Below are positions 1 through 14,256 of a stretch of DNA of 38,257 bases, piece by piece. The notes beneath the pieces were generated by a model. The model saw nothing but the letters and a program-made list of their open reading frames with translations. It did not search any database and was not told where the DNA came from. The stretch comes from Welwitschia mirabilis. Taxonomy: Eukaryota. The stretch is taken from NCBI GenBank assembly GCA_051453625.1, contig JBOZIK010000001.1:8477068-8515324 (forward strand). Direction: 5' to 3'. Each line of letters starts with the position of its first letter. The first letter of the stretch is position 1. Position numbers and translations under genes: made by a program.

Positions 1-9
1 ACATACTAT

Positions 10-3000
10 GAGGTTCAAAAATGTTTGGTTATTGATCTTTCATTATTTACTTTAGCTCCCAAGTAGCTTTATCAAGACTATGATTACTCTATTTTATCTT
101 CACTTCATAGATTTCCTTATTTTTTAAATTGATAGTTCATTGGTCTAGCACTGCTTCTGACTTCTCCATAGTTGAACAATCTAGTTCCACCTAAATATAA
201 GACTAATTTAACACATGAGAATATCTATAATATACTTTCTTAGCATACTTATATGTAAAACATCATGCATATGCAATATCAAGGAGGGATAGCAAGTTTA
301 TATATGACAGGTTGAATTATTTAGAATATTTCAAATGGTCCAATGAGTTGAGGAGATAATTTTAATCTCTTAACTCCTCTCATTACTGATTTCATTGGTG
401 ACACTTTAAGAAATACATAATCACCTATTTTAAACTCAAAATTTCTTCTTCGATAATGTGCATATATCTTTTATTTATTTGCTACTTATTTAATTCTATT
501 TTTAATGATCCTCATTTTACTTTTTATTTCTTATAATATTTTTGGTTTTATCATCAATATTTCTTTAGGTTTTGTTCATGAAGTAGGTGCTCTACACTTT
601 CTATCATATAAGGCTTCAAACAGAGCCATTTAACTTGAACTCTAATAACTATTACTATATGTAAACAATACTAACAGTAGGTACTCTTTCCAACTCTTAA
701 GACTATCTAGAATATATGACCTGAGAAGATCTTCTAAAATTTAATTAACTCTTTTTGCATGATCATTTATTTAATAATAAAATGTAGTGCTCATATTTAA
801 ATTGGTTCCTAAATCCATTTATAATTCTTACCAAAATTTATAAGTAAATTTTGAATCTTTATTAGAAAAATAATTACTAAAGGCACACCATGTAATTGAA
901 TAACATTTTAAATATATACTTTGGCTATATATTTGGAATTATAAGTAGATTTTACTAAATTAAAATGTGCTGACTTAGTTGCTCTATCAATTATTACCAT
1001 AATAATGTTAGCTCTTTGAGTTTTTGAAAGTCTTATAATAAAGTCCCTGTAAATTACATCTCATTTATATTCTAGAATATCATAAACCCTACTAGATTTC
1101 TATGTTCTGCTTTAATTTATTAAGAATTAAGATACATTATTGCAAATTTTACTATATCCTTTTTCACCACTGATTACCAAAAATTTTCCTTCATGTTTTA
1201 ATATGTTTTAGTTTCTCCAAGATGACTTGCTATAGGTGCATTATGAAATTTAAACATTAGCTTATGTTTAACTTTATCTACATTAGGAACCAAAAATCTT
1301 CCCTTAAATCTAATAATACTATTTGAATTAATACTAAAATTCTCTAATTCTATTGATATTTCTAACTAGTTCTTTAGTTTTCAATAATTCTCATCCTTTT
1401 CTTGTCCTTTTAACATAATCATAGGAATTTGGCTTTGAATTTTCATGATTACTTTAAGAGAACTTCATATACTAAGAGCATTTTTAACCTTATTTCCATT
1501 ACCTTTATGGTATAAAATCTCTAGATTAAAATCACATAAAAATTTCATCCATCTTATTTGTCTAATATCTAAGGTTAATTGAGTAAAAATGTATTTTAAA
1601 CTCTTATGATCTATTCAAATTTAAAACTTTACATCATAGAGAGAATGTTTACACAATTTTAAAGAAAAAATTACTATAACTAATTCAAGATCATGAATTA
1701 AATAATTTTTCTCATAAGTTTTAAGTTGTCTTAATCCATAAGCTATTATTTTCTTATCTTCTTTAAGCACTGCTCCAAGACCTTCTACAGATGCATTGAT
1801 ATAAACTAAAAAGGTCTTTGAATCATCTAGCATTGCTAAAACTAGAGAACCAGTTAAGCATTTTTTAATATGATCAAATAATTACTGACATTTTTCTATC
1901 CATTGGAAGTTTTAATTTTCCTTTAAAAGGCTTATTCATGAAAAAGCTATCTTAGAGATATTGAAGATGAATCGATGATAATACTTAGCAAGATCAAGAA
2001 AGCTTCTAATCTCAATAATATTTAAAGGTATTGTTTATTCTATTCTTGGTAGTATATACTTGTCCTTGAAAGTAATCTTATTTAGCTATCTATAATCAAT
2101 GCATAATCTTAGTGTTTCATCCTTCTTCTTTAGAAATAAGACAGGTGCTTCCCATGATGGTACACTAGGATGAGTAAAGCCTTTTTATAAGAGTTATTCA
2201 AGTTAAGTTTTTAATTATTTTATTCTTGTAGGGGACATTTCATATGATGCCCTAGAAATTGGTTAGGTTCTTAGGATTAATTCAATAGAAAACTTAACTT
2301 TCTAGGGTGCTCGCATTCCTGGAAATTCTGTTTTAAAGGCATCAGGATATTTTTGGGCTATAGTTATATTCTTTACTAAGGTTCCTCCTTCATTTAAGCT
2401 ACTTGATTTTTGGTATAGCATATAAAATGGTGATTTTCTCTTAATTTCTCTTTCGATATGCTTTGAATTAATTAAGTTCACCATTACTGATTTGTAATAA
2501 CCTTGAAAGATTAATCCTTGGCCATGATTCATCATTTCTAAATGGTTTTTATAATTTATAAGTACTCTATTCTATATTAACTAATTCATACCTAAAATAA
2601 TATCAAATTTTCCCAAGTTAATAACAATTGGTTGTATTTAAAAAATTTTTCCACTTATGGATAAAGTACAGTTTTGAACTTGCTAATTAGCTTTGGGCAT
2701 AGACCCATTTTCTAACTCTATGCATCCCTTAATGGGAGTATAACATAATTTTTTTCTTATAATAATTTTACAAGATATAAAGTAATGTGTGGCTTCACAA
2801 TCAAATAAAATAATTACTTACTTATTATTAAGTAAATCCTTACCTTCTATGATAGAGCTTTGAAATTTTACCCCTTGATTATCTACTACTACTTGAAGTC
2901 ATCCTATTGTTTAAGGAGCACTTTTTGATCCTTAAGTCTTTTTTGGTTATTATCTAAAACGGTCTTTATAACATAATGGAAATTCTTTTATATTATGATT

Positions 3001-4027
3001 TCCCTTGTACTTGTAGCAGTGATATCCATTTTACTGGCTTTCATTCTGATACTGATTATGAATTTGCTAGAAGTTAGATTTCTGAGGTTGATTACTTGCA
3101 TAGTATACCTGGATTAATTAAAATTCTTATTTTTGTTGATTAAAATTCTTGTTTTTGTTGTTACTGCTACTGAGATTACTTTTATTGAAGTGTCATTTCT
3201 TATTTTGATAAGAAGTTTTTAGTCAATTTTCCTTAAGGATATGCCCTTATGAAGGAATTCTTTTCTTAATTTCTTGTTGTTTCTACTAGTTTTGTTCTAC
3301 TATCTTTGACTTTTCTACAACATTTGTTAGACTCTTAAGTTAAAACATGGATACTTTGGTAGCAACAGAAGGGAGAATACTATTAATAAAGATATTTTCT
3401 TTAGCTTATTCATATAGATACATATGCGATACATATCTTAATAATTCTACAAATTTACACTCAGGAAATTCTATGGTTACATTATGGGCTTGTCTTAGAC
3501 AGTAGAATTCTATAATATTCTAGAAAATATAGAACTTGTTAAAGTACCTCTCCTTAAAAATGTGTTCAAATTCCATCCATAAAAGTTCTAGATCTCCTAA
3601 CTTGGTCTTTTTTGTTTTCCATCATAGATTAGCTTCTTCTTGTAATATATAAATAGCTGAAAAAGCCTTTTCATATTCATCACATCTTAGGGTATAACAT
3701 TTTCAACATTACTTAGCCATGCTTCTACTTTGGAAGGGTCTAAACCTCTAAAAACTTTGGTGGATTTAGTGTAATAAACATTTGAATTAATTTCCTCATA
3801 CTCACTTCCTTAGGTTGATTAATATCATTGTTTACTTATGGGTTTTAACCTTGATTTACTCTTTGTGATAGGAACTGCATGAAGATATTCATTAATGCTT
3901 CTGGATTAAGGTTGAATGGGGGTTGATTTTCATCATTAGGTTGCTAATTCTCTTGTGAATTCTCTTGATTTTAATTACTTAGTACAACTTAATTGGCTTT
4001 AAGGTTTAACTGATGAAGATGAGGCAT
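10..4027 (-). pseudogene. Decayed gag-pol of the Tekay/Del-like element
   Basis: ATG CCT at 4027 follows ctttcag. Decayed zinc knuckle ~3000, protease LFDCEATHYFI ~2790, [25 protein letters not shown] ~2090-2160, RNase H NASVEGLGAVL..NYLIHDLEL (ORF 1621-1833), integrase IGPFEIL ~335, chromodomain KATWE ~60. Confidence 0.9.
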
Positions 4028-4993
4028 CTGAAAGAAAGGCAAATTTTCATTAGATTATATTTGAAGATAGGATTACATATTATTAAAAGTTGCACTTAGA
4101 AATATTTTATAATCTTAGAAAGCACATGATTTCATTATGATGTGATGAGTTCATATTTATATCTTAAAACATAATCAATTTTATCACCTTTATATATTTT
4201 CAATAGATAAGATTTATAAGTTATGAATATGCGTTTTTACTTTAAAGTTATATGATCATATAATTTAGGATGAATAAACTAGTTGAAGATTTAATTATTT
4301 CCATTCCAAAGATACCTATTTATAAGATATTATTTGTGTATTTATATATATATTATTTTTTCAAAAGGTTAAGCTCTTTAAGAAATCATATAAGATCATT
4401 ATGCTAAATTCTTAAGATAATTGGAATTATTTTGAGTGATTCTTATCGGTAGCTATAAGGTAATAGAGTCTTTAATGACTTGAATTCATCATCCTTCTTG
4501 GTTTGTTCAGGGATTTAGAGTTATAGTAAATATGATTAGCATAATGATCATGTAGGGGTTGGGATTATAGTTAACCTTAGGAATACTTTGGAACTATTAC
4601 AAGTATAATAAACTTCTAATATTATTAAGATGTTAAGATTATGATTAGGGTAATTTTTATAATTATTAAAATTAACATAAATATAATTTGGTATACATTT
4701 AGATAATAGGAAAATTATAGATAGTAAAGTTCATGAGTATTAGAAGATACGATTGAATTCATGATTACCTAAGAGTTAAAATTATCTTAGAATCTAGTAT
4801 TATCAAGGATATAATTGATTTTACTCATGATTTAAGACTATTAGGTACATAACAAATTTTATAGCTATTGGAAATTAAGGTTGCTCTTGTTATCACTAAC
4901 TTTATAATTATTAAAGAAAAAGGTTATTAAAACTATAATTTGATTTATATTCTTATAAATTTATAAGTTTAGTATTATTTAAGTTAATCTAGA

Positions 4994-5005
4994 ACTCTAA
5001 TACCA
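4994..5005 (-). promoter_or_regulatory. Primer-binding site (tRNA-iMet type) of the Tekay-like element
   Basis: Minus strand reads TGGTATTAGAGT, the canonical TGGTATCAGAGC with two C->T changes, 3 nt from the LTR end TGTAACACCC. Confidence 0.85.
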
Positions 5006-5008
5006 ATT

Positions 5009-7364
5009 TGTAACACCCTCTTTTATTCTACCCTAATTAAGCATAAGTTTTTTCCTTTTTTTTATTCTTTAATATTTTAACCTAATAGACACAGCGAAAC
5101 CTAGAATGAAATTCTACTTACTTCTTAATTAGAATGTTCTCTATTTTAAAAAAGATAATCATATTAATAGTATATATTTATCTATAATTAATTCCTAGAT
5201 AATTTAGGTTTAAAAATAATAGTGATGTCACAAGTTTGTGTCCTCCATTTCTTCCTAATTCTTCATCACATAAAAGATATTTGTGAATAGTTGAGGAGAT
5301 GTAAACTTGTTATCAACATACATAAATAAATTTTAACGATAATACCTAACCAATATAATAGGAGGTTGTAAGTCTAATTAATGGCATTTTAACTTCATAT
5401 CTAGCTACCCTTCAGATGTGAGTTGGTTCTACTTTGAGCTCTAAACTATACAAATATGGCTGGGCTCAACTCTATAGGCTTTGACTTCACCTCAATATAC
5501 CCCTAATACAGATGACAAGTGGTCCGTGAGGTGGATGCATGCTTAAAAATAAACCCCTCTTCATTAAATCATCTCAGGATGGTGTAGCATAACCTATCAA
5601 TGTCAAGGGCTTAAGATATTAAGTTAGAGTAAGTTCATACATGGGCAAGATAAGAGAGTGATGATCAAATCCACCTCCAGAAGGGTATTATTATAAAAAT
5701 GCAATGTAATCGACCTTGGTAATAGAATCCAAGTGTGGGACTTAACATTATTAGATTTATTTTAAATTAGTCATGTTCAATGAATACACCATACAAATGC
5801 ATGTAAATAATTCTAATTAATATAGATATTTAAAAAATTATTTACTTAGGTATAATAATTCTAATGATCATTTGGTTCATTTTATAAAAACAACCATAAA
5901 AAGAAAGAAAGCATACAACATCATTACTTTTTCCAAGATTATAATAATAAAAATCTAGATAAAGAAGATATTCTTTTCTTTTCTTTTCTATCTAAATAAA
6001 AGAAATATTATTTTATTTTTCTTTCAATAATATAAAAATATAAAATAATGTACTTAAAAGAAACTAAAACATACTTAGAGCTATGCCAATTCGAGAAACA
6101 CTCTTCCATGCTCATATGACAATCTCCATGGATTAGTATGTAAAAAAAAAAAAAAAGAAAGTATAGCTTAAGCATAACTATTAAGATATAAGTATTTATC
6201 TAATACTTAATATGGTTATCTTATAAGTCAATAAAAATAAGTGATAAACTAGAGACTACTTATGTCACTTAAGCTACTAAAGTGAAAACTTTTATAAGCA
6301 TTCACATTTAACTAAGCCAGAGAAAAAGGGTGGAAGAGGTATTTCTATAATTAAATACCACTTATAGGTAATTTAACTTAAATCTACTAATATAAACATA
6401 TTTTATATACTTAATTTCCTTATAAAATTTTGTGTAATAATTATTTTAAAATTTTAAACATTAATTTTATAACATTTTTGGACTCTAGGAAGACATCATA
6501 GTTAACAATTAATAATTAATTAATTATGAAGTAAAAAATTAAATTATAGTAGTTTTCCAAAAACTAGACACATAATAGGTTTCTTAAAATCTAAAATATC
6601 TTGGAACTATAAGAGTATTATTTTTAAAATTATCATTTAAGTCTAAAAACTATCACATTTTTTAAAATTATAGTCCTACCACACTACACTAAAATAATCA
6701 TAACTTTTAAAATACTTTGAGTTTTTAAATGATTCAAGATGTTTTGGAAATTGATTTAATTTCTTACAACTTATAATGCTTAATTTTATATATATCTTAA
6801 CATATAGTTATAGAAACATAAATTAATTACTTACTATTTTCTAAATTTATTTTCTAATGTATTTTAGCAAATAATTTTTTAAAAGTAATTATACCAAAAA
6901 AATAATAGTTTTTACATTTTCACATTCATAATATAATCCTAGACTCATAAAAAAATTTACTAATTTATACCTACTAATTAATAAGCTATGGTATTTTTAT
7001 CCTATGCTTCTATTCTAGAAATTTAACTTTTAGCAAAAAAAAAATAAAGGTTAAATAACTAATTATAAAACAATTTGAATTAGTAAAATAATGAATACAA
7101 TAGAAAAACTCATTATTTACAAAATAAATGTACTAAATACTACTAATGTAAGCCAATTTAAAAAGGAAAATCAAATCAATTCACAAAAGCATTTATGTTA
7201 AGCCTTAGGGTTACCATGAAGGAGTACCAGGCTAGAAGAGATTTTTGAGGATAAAACTTTACTCNNNNNNNNNNNNNNNNNNNNNNNNNNNNNNNNNNNN
7301 NNNNNNNNNNNNNNNNNNNNNNNNNNNNNNNNNNNNNNNNNNNNNNNNNNNNNNNNNNNNNNNN

Positions 7365-7404
<40 letters not shown>

Positions 7405-8315
7405 GAAAATGCATTTGTATAAAACAAAAGAAAAGTATCTCCCTTTTACAAGAGAGGAAAAGGTCTTTACATATAGAATAAAAAAGGAACATAGTTCAAG
7501 ATCCTAAGATCACATAATTTAGCATTGATAAGTAGGATGAGTAATAAGTGATATTGGAGTACAAAAAGAGAACATATTTATAACTCATGCATCTAACTAG
7601 GATGAGTAATCTTATTGCTTTAATTAGAAAGGTTAATTACATGCATCATTTCCTCATACTAGCTCTTCTTAGCTCTTCATAGGCTCATAAGTAAGTTTAA
7701 TTCATCCAAAATATGCATCAAAAGAATAAATGCATAAATCTCAAAATTGTCATATGGCATAATCTAACAAACTGTTCAATTTCAATGAATAAAGCAATGA
7801 GTCTGCTATGAACAAAGTGCCCCTACACATCTTAAAAAGATAAAAGTCATGGTAGAGTAAATCTACTCTTTTATCATTCTTGATTATAGGAAAGAGTGCA
7901 TGTGCTTGTTCAAATGATCATTTATTTCAATATGCATAAAATCTATCAATTACATAACAAAAGCAAAAAAAATTTATTCATAATATAGTACACCTATCAT
8001 ATTTACTAAGAATCTAAATGAGTAAATAAGATGCAAAATACTTTATTATGTCCTCTTAAAATTTTTAGTTTATTAGTTTTATCACATAATTTTAATTCCT
8101 CACATAATGGGATTATCTAATTTTAAATGTTTAGATAGATTTTCTCATAGAAACATTTTAACATAATTTTTATGATTTTTATGGTAAATTATAATGATTA
8201 CAAACTAAGGTTAATTTAAAAATAAATTCTTATTTGATAAGGAATTTAAATAAGGATAATTATTTATTTTCTTGAAAGTTTAACATACTTATTATTCAAG
8301 TAAATGAGGTTTACA
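5009..8315 (-). repeat. 5' LTR (~3.3 kb including a 100-N gap) of the Tekay-like element
   Basis: Begins TGTAACACCC next to the PBS and ends ...GAGGTTTACA at 8315, where sequence switches abruptly into a plus-strand integrase. Confidence 0.7.
7365..7400 (+). repeat. (AG)18 microsatellite abutting gap 7265-7364
   Basis: Seen directly. Confidence 0.98.
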
Positions 8316-9403
8316 AAATATGGGATATGATATTAGATTACATGAAATTTAAAAAAATCTTACTTCCATCACTTAAGCACTAAGGTTTAATTCAATACCA
8401 CATATGATCCAAAGATCGATGACCAAATGGAAAGCGTTAATATAACTCTTAAAGTTACGTTGAGTTGCTAGGTAGTTAGAAAGGCAAAAAATTGGAAAAG
8501 TTACATGCACTTGGTAAAATTTTTCTATAACTAAACATTTTATACCTCCATCTTGTGCTCAACCTTTGAGACCATGTATGGAAGAAACTATTCAATCACA
8601 GTCACATAGTCATGTCTAACTCAAAGATCTAAAGATACTAAAAGAAATGTGTACTTAGAAGTTAAAACCATGGAAGAAGTTACAAGTAAGGTTAAGTACA
8701 ACTACAAGAAGCCTAGATAGATATAAGTACCATGATTAGTAATACTTTAACTACATATTCCAACTGGGTGTTCAAGTTCTATTATGACTTCAACTAAAGA
8801 GGAGTTCTTTGAAATTTTCTTTGAAATTAGGAAAATATAACAAGCTAGCAACCTAGTATTATGGGTTCTTAAAGATCATAGAAAAAAATTGGAGAACTTT
8901 CCTAAAAGCTAGAGTTTCCATCTAATATGTTTAGAACAAATAGTCTTCCATACTAGTGTACTTAAACCTTATTATGAAGATAAGATCTATGGTATATTTT
9001 GGATTGGAAGAATATATTATTCAATTCCAACTTTACCTTTGATTTCCAATCCTTATAAGTAATAGAATCCTTGACCAAAAATCTTAGAAATAAAACTATC
9101 TAAGAAGGTTTGATAAGATTGCCTCATTGTAACTAAAATACTTGAATAAAAAGGATTATATGTAGCACACTTTTTCCCAACTCTTTAATACATCTTAAGA
9201 CCTTCCCTAATACAAAACCTGTTGCTATTATGTGTAAGAAAAACACTTAAGCAAATTTGTAAAAGAATTTTTATGTTATTTATTGTCTTTTTTAGAAGAG
9301 AATATGGAGCAAAACAATTGAGGTCATGAAAAAGAAAATGTTGTTCCACTAGTAGAAGAGAATCAATACTCAAGGATGAGCCAAAGGATTAAAGGGAAAA
9401 GAA
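8316..9403 (+). mobile_element. 3' part of a second degenerate Ty3/gypsy element: integrase C-half, probable chromodomain and PPT
   Basis: FNTTYDPKIDDQMESVNITL (~8390-8450) matches the conserved FSTAYHPQTDGQTERVNQ. Also TFYTSILCSTFETMYGR ~8540-8585, VFHTSVLKPY ~8943-8972, and purine tract AAAGGGAAAAGAA at 9391-9403. Confidence 0.85.
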
Positions 9404-10969
9404 TGTGATGTTCCAAATTCCATTTTTAATGAAATTAATTAAAAAATAATTACGTCATGTAAAATATGGAATTAATTTCCATTTTCTATGTATTTGTTCA
9501 GTATGTAATAAAGAGTGGTTAAGTTAAACTACCATGAATGTAAAGTTGTATTCCTTTCAAATGACCTTTGACAAGGTATAAGGTCAAGGAATTAGGTGGG
9601 GATGGATTAGGCTAATGTTATCCATAACCTTGGCTAATCACTAAGGGCCCTAAGAGAGGGGATAAGGTAGTAGTTTGCATCTTTATCTTTGATCAAGAGT
9701 CTAAGATTTAAACACTTGCCAAGTAAATGTATAAATGCTATTGGAATTAAAAATGATGTTCATTTCCATTAATTGTGAATTATAGTTCTTAAAATGTTTT
9801 TCCTAGAAATATATTTAGTTTTAATGTATAAGTGTTTTATGCATTTCAAGGTGATTAAAAGGAACATTGTAAAGAATATATGTTTTAGAGGGATAAAGGT
9901 AACTATATGTAATTTGGATAGTTGAAATCAACTATTTTAAAGTAGACAGTTCTTATCTTCTCAAGGTTTGTGACGCCATTTTTAGTAAAATATGATATAA
10001 ATAGTAATTTTATTAGAGAATTGCATAGCTAATAAGACAAATTAATTACTTTCTTTAAAAGAATCTAAATGATGCTAAAATAAAATATGCCTTATCTTAA
10101 AAAGGGGGGAAAACACAATAAAACTTTCTCTTGATCTTTTGAGAACATTAACTTTAGGTTAGTGATGGTATATTATTAACAAAAGAAGCAATAGATACAA
10201 AATAGTCTTACATACATATGTAAGGGAATTATGCACTTTTGTAAGAATTGAACAAGTAAAGATATTATTTGTTAAATTATAATTTTAAAAGAAAAAACAT
10301 TGATTGTAAGTGTTTCTAGGATTTAAATTCTAAAAGGAAATTATCTATTAAACAAATAAAATAAAGAGAAAACTAATAAATATGGAGTTAAGTCACTATG
10401 CTACATATCAGGCTCTTTTAAAAAGGTGACTAAGAATTCCTAGGAGATCATTGTACTAGTATAGCCTTCGCATATCTAGTTACATAGGTCTCATCAAATC
10501 TCTTGCATTCTATGTGTCATGTAGCCTAACATCATTTTCATAAGAATTACTTTATAAAAAAATAATAGGTAAATATTGAGCTCAAAAGTTTTAGTGATCA
10601 TACACTCCCTCATAAGTATAGCTATTACAATTACTTAAACAAATAATTTAATTATGCTTAAGACCTTATAATATGTCAATCAGTGCATCCAAAGTTTTAA
10701 ATCACTAACCTCCTAAATGGAAGTTGAGTATCCCACCAATTATGAGTAATGATTATAACTTGTGAGCTTAAGCATCTTAGATTTGAGTTTGATGGCATGC
10801 AAGTAGGCTTGTGATTCTACTTACATATTTAATATGTGCATAGGTTTTGACATTTTGGGGATGATTTGCAAGCAAGACCTACAAATTTGGTGCCTAGCCC
10901 CCCCTAGATAAGGGCCACCTACGTGTTTTCATTTGACCAAGCAAACTATTAACCTTGGTGAGCATGACA
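9404..10969 (+). repeat. 3' LTR of the plus-strand gypsy element
   Basis: Starts TGTGATGTTC immediately after the PPT and ends GAGCATGACA, an 8/10 inverted terminal match. Confidence 0.65.
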
Positions 10970-11571
10970 TAGTTTCTTAGAATTTTTCTTTTAAAAAATA
11001 TTTTATTACTATTTTTTAAATAATTTTTATTATAAATCATTCCCCATTTAGAAGGTCATGACTTTGAACCTTTATAACCTTTAGATAACCTGATTGGCAA
11101 CCTTAGATATAACTAAATCATTAATTTCGGTAATCATGGTAACTATACTTTTAAAACGTAAATATAATCACATTCAATCTTAAGATTTGTATATCTCTTA
11201 TAAGATTAAAATAATAAAAAACTAGACATTAAATTAGTTATTATTTTTTAAAAATATAATATGCGATAACCGTCTTTTATTCCCTAAAACGGGCCTCTCT
11301 CTTTCCAAGAGAGGAACAATTACAACTTCCGGCTGATGCCAAGACAAGACTCTTTTCCTTTTCTTAGTTACATGCATGTTCCTAACGACCCCCGAAACAC
11401 TTCCCTCTAAGGAATAGCTATGTCTCCCTCCTTCAAGCATTCCTGTCGCTTAGTACATACTGTAACACCCTCGGACCATTTTAAAATATTCACATTCCTT
11501 AAAGAGTTCTTAAATGATCTACCCTCGTTGAAATTACAACTCCCTCAATCATATCTTTTTTGTCAGGTGTC

Positions 11572-11613
11572 TGCACCTGCAACTGCAACTGCCACTGCCA
11601 CTGCCACTGCAAT
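11572..11613 (+). repeat. Imperfect hexamer repeat of 7 units (TGCAAC/TGCCAC-like)
   Basis: tgcacc tgcaac tgcaac tgccac tgccac tgccac tgcaat. Confidence 0.9.
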
Positions 11614-12828
11614 ACGCTCCTCCAAGGGCATGCTTACGTCACGTCACACCGAACACTGTTTCGCGTTGGCTGAGGTGCCCTGTCCGGGGCTCGGCCTAAA
11701 ATTGCTCGTAAGGAAATAATATTTTTGTCAAGTTGTGACCAGACCCAAGATATTGACTCTGGGTTTGATTGGAATTTTGACGGTGCAACGATATTTTATT
11801 AATTAGATGCTAAAGCTTTTTAGTTATGGAAGATATGGTTGCGTATCTCTGCCCGTGAAGTAATCTGGCCCCGTAAATTAGGAGAAATATTATTTCAGTG
11901 TCCGGGTTTGGGCATTTGAATAATGCTGTCTCCTCTTTTAACCTCTATCTCAAACAGTGTGCCATTCTGTGGGCCAACGTGCTCTGCTGGTTCGTTCCTT
12001 TGAGCTCGAATGATTTTTCAATCATTTTTCCTTCTCCCAAGTCCAAATCCAAGCGACCAGATGCGAGTTTAACAGTGGCCATGACTAGCTCTTGTTCTTC
12101 AGAAATTCAATGTAAATTACTGTGCCAGGTCTTTCCACGACCATCGAATGTATCTGGCGTATGAGACTTCGATTGAAACATGCATGCCCTATATGCGCGC
12201 ATACACTGTTGAAAATAGCCTGTTTATATTTAAAGATGAAAAATCTACACAGACAGAATCTGGTACGCTTTATGTGGATTGTTACTTTCCAAATGGCAAT
12301 GAAGCAGAGGAGCAAGTGAAATGCGCGTCAAAAAGTAGGCTGCAAAACGCTTTTAATTAAATGCACTGGAAGGCAATGTTGTAGAAGTAACCGACCATAA
12401 AGTTATCCTCAGGAGAATGATCACTGGGAGATATCGAACACAGAGGCTTCCTTCGTGAAAACGGACTGCAAAAAGTTCAGTTACATACACTAGTTTCATA
12501 AGACAAGGTTGCTGAAGTACCCTAAAGTCTTTTTCGAGCGAAATGGTAAAAATAGAAGAAATAGACTTAATTGTCAAGGGAGACTGCAAAAAGTTTTCCT
12601 TACAGAGTTTAACGTTTTCAAAGCAATACAACAAAACTGATTGAACAAATTTGGCGTAACAGCCTGTCTTGCATACATCAACATGTTTTATTGGAAGCAA
12701 CTCAGATTATTATATCCGAAGCATCTCAATTTGGATTTAATGTTTCTCTACCAATCAACATAACATGCAGCAGCTAGCAAGACCGAAAATTATCGCCTAA
12801 GAAAACCCAGAATCGTACATTCCATGTC

Positions 12829-14256
12829 CTATGTTGTTCGTAAATCACTCTGATGTAATAAACCTATTTCTTCGTCTGTAGATGTTTCCAGTAAGACGGA
12901 CATCTCTAGTTCCTGGCATCCAACCAGCTGCTGTGATTTTGAGGCTTCCAATTCCCAATCCGTGTTATAAACCACCAAAAGTATAGAGGAAGCACAGGCA
13001 ATTTGAGCAGCCAAGAGGCCATACCAAAGACCACTAAAACCGTACTTCAACCAGAAGGCCAGAACGACTGCAACTGGAGTACCCACAAGATAAAATGACC
13101 CCAAATTTATCCGCACTCCGACAGCAGGTCTAGCAGTGCCTCTAAGGACACCACATCCTGTAGTCTGAGGACAGTTTCCCAGCTCACATAGGCCTATCAG
13201 AGGCAGAACTGAGACTGCCATTGAAACTACATTCTCGTCATCTGTAAAAAAGGATGCCCATTTGTCCTTTAGCAAACTAGTCCAGACCAAATTCACGATA
13301 CCTGTTACCACTGCGCACCCCAGTGCCACAAACGTGGCAAGTCGAGCTCTATCAGGCTGGTTTGCTCCGAGTTCATTGCCTACACGTGTTGAAACGGACG
13401 AGCTTAGTGCCATTGGCACTGTGTACATGAGACTTGTTGTCTGTATAACAATGGCGGTTGTTGCCACAGTCACTGTTGGGTCTGGAAGGAAACCTGCAAG
13501 CACTGTCATGATCTCGTACCACCACCATTCCAGACATATCGCGAAGCAATTTGGCAGGGCCAGGCTTAGAAGTGACCACCATTCTTTGAGAGCTGTCATC
13601 GACCAGCCTTTCCAGGTGCTCTTATGCACCCCAGACATGTACAAATAGACTAATAAGAAAGACAGCATATTGAGATTGGTCAAAACTGCACCCACTGCAA
13701 CACCTGGTACGCCAAGATCAAGAACAAAAACAAGAACGATATTGAGAGGCACATGGAGGATGACTGCCAACGCGGAACACCACATCATGGGGGCTGTTAT
13801 ACCCTGCGACCGGAGATACACTCGAATGGGCTGGATAAAACTTTGTGTTACCAGATCAGGCAATGAAAACAGACAATATGTAGCAGCTACAGCTGTTATG
13901 TCTGGATCCTGCCCTACCCACAACATTATCTGGCCCAGATTCAACCAGAGAATCGAGATTGGCAAACAGAAGGATAACAAAATGAGAATCATACGCTGCA
14001 GCGACACGCCGATTAGGTCCCAGTTCTTTCCTCCAAAAGCCTGGCTACAGACCGGATCCATCCCTGACGCCAGCCCAAACAAAATGGAGTAGCCCGTGAT
14101 ATTTGTGAAACCTATTGACAGAGCTCCGCCGGCTAGTTCCTGGCTACCCAGGCGCCCAAGACAGAGCACAGAAACCATTGCTCTAACGTAGACAAGAAAG
14201 TTCATGATTGCCACCGGCACAGAAATGCTTCCCAATTCCTTCAATTCTGTACTAAC
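12829..14256 (-). CDS. DTX54: MATE efflux family transporter (DETOXIFICATION 54 / BIGE1-like), exon 2 of 2
   Basis: 475 uninterrupted codons plus TAG, with plant MATE motifs [57 protein letters not shown] and NLGSFYLVG. The N-terminus is close to Arabidopsis DTX54 as I recall it. The exon starts after a polypyrimidine tract and ctgcag|GTT; an in-frame TGA at 14284-14286 and no ATG before the conserved start mean splicing is required. The symbol is a closest-family call, not proven orthology. Confidence 0.93.
   Translation of the reverse strand, partial: VSTELKELGSISVPVAIMNFLVYVRAMVSVLCLGRLGSQELAGGALSIGFTNITGYSILFGLASGMDPVCSQAFGGKNWDLIGVSLQRMILILLSFCLPISILWLNLGQIMLWVGQDPDITAVAATYCLFSLPDLVTQSFIQPIRVYLRSQGITAPMMWCSALAVILHVPLNIVLVFVLDLGVPGVAVGAVLTNLNMLSFLLVYLYMSGVHKSTWKGWSMTALKEWWSLLSLALPNCFAICLEWWWYEIMTVLAGFLPDPTVTVATTAIVIQTTSLMYTVPMALSSSVSTRVGNELGANQPDRARLATFVALGCAVVTGIVNLVWTSLLKDKWASFFTDDENVVSMAVSVLPLIGLCELGNCPQTTGCGVLRGTARPAVGVRINLGSFYLVGTPVAVVLAFWLKYGFSGLWYGLLAAQIACASSILLVVYNTDWELEASKSQQLVGCQELEMSVLLETSTDEEIGLLHQSDLRTT

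Larger units (their letters stand above)
1..8315 (-). mobile_element. Degenerate Ty3/gypsy chromovirus (Tekay/Del-like) LTR retrotransposon; 3' LTR lies beyond the left edge
   Basis: Minus-strand order: long LTR (5009-8315), PBS, gag, protease, RT, RNase H, integrase and chromodomain, all with many stops and frameshifts. Confidence 0.9.

Noticed and set aside
282-293. AGGAGGGATAGC, a 12-nt match to miR390
   Set aside because: Partial match inside a decayed integrase; no hairpin seen.
11461-11470. TGTAACACCC, identical to the LTR terminus at 5009
   Set aside because: No further LTR similarity, PBS or PPT nearby; likely chance or an unrecognisable relic.
13262-14092. Plus-strand ORFs of 128 and 140 aa and a 69-aa alternate-frame ORF overlapping the MATE CDS
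   Set aside because: Typical shadow ORFs of a GC-richer coding region; no motifs and mostly non-ATG starts.
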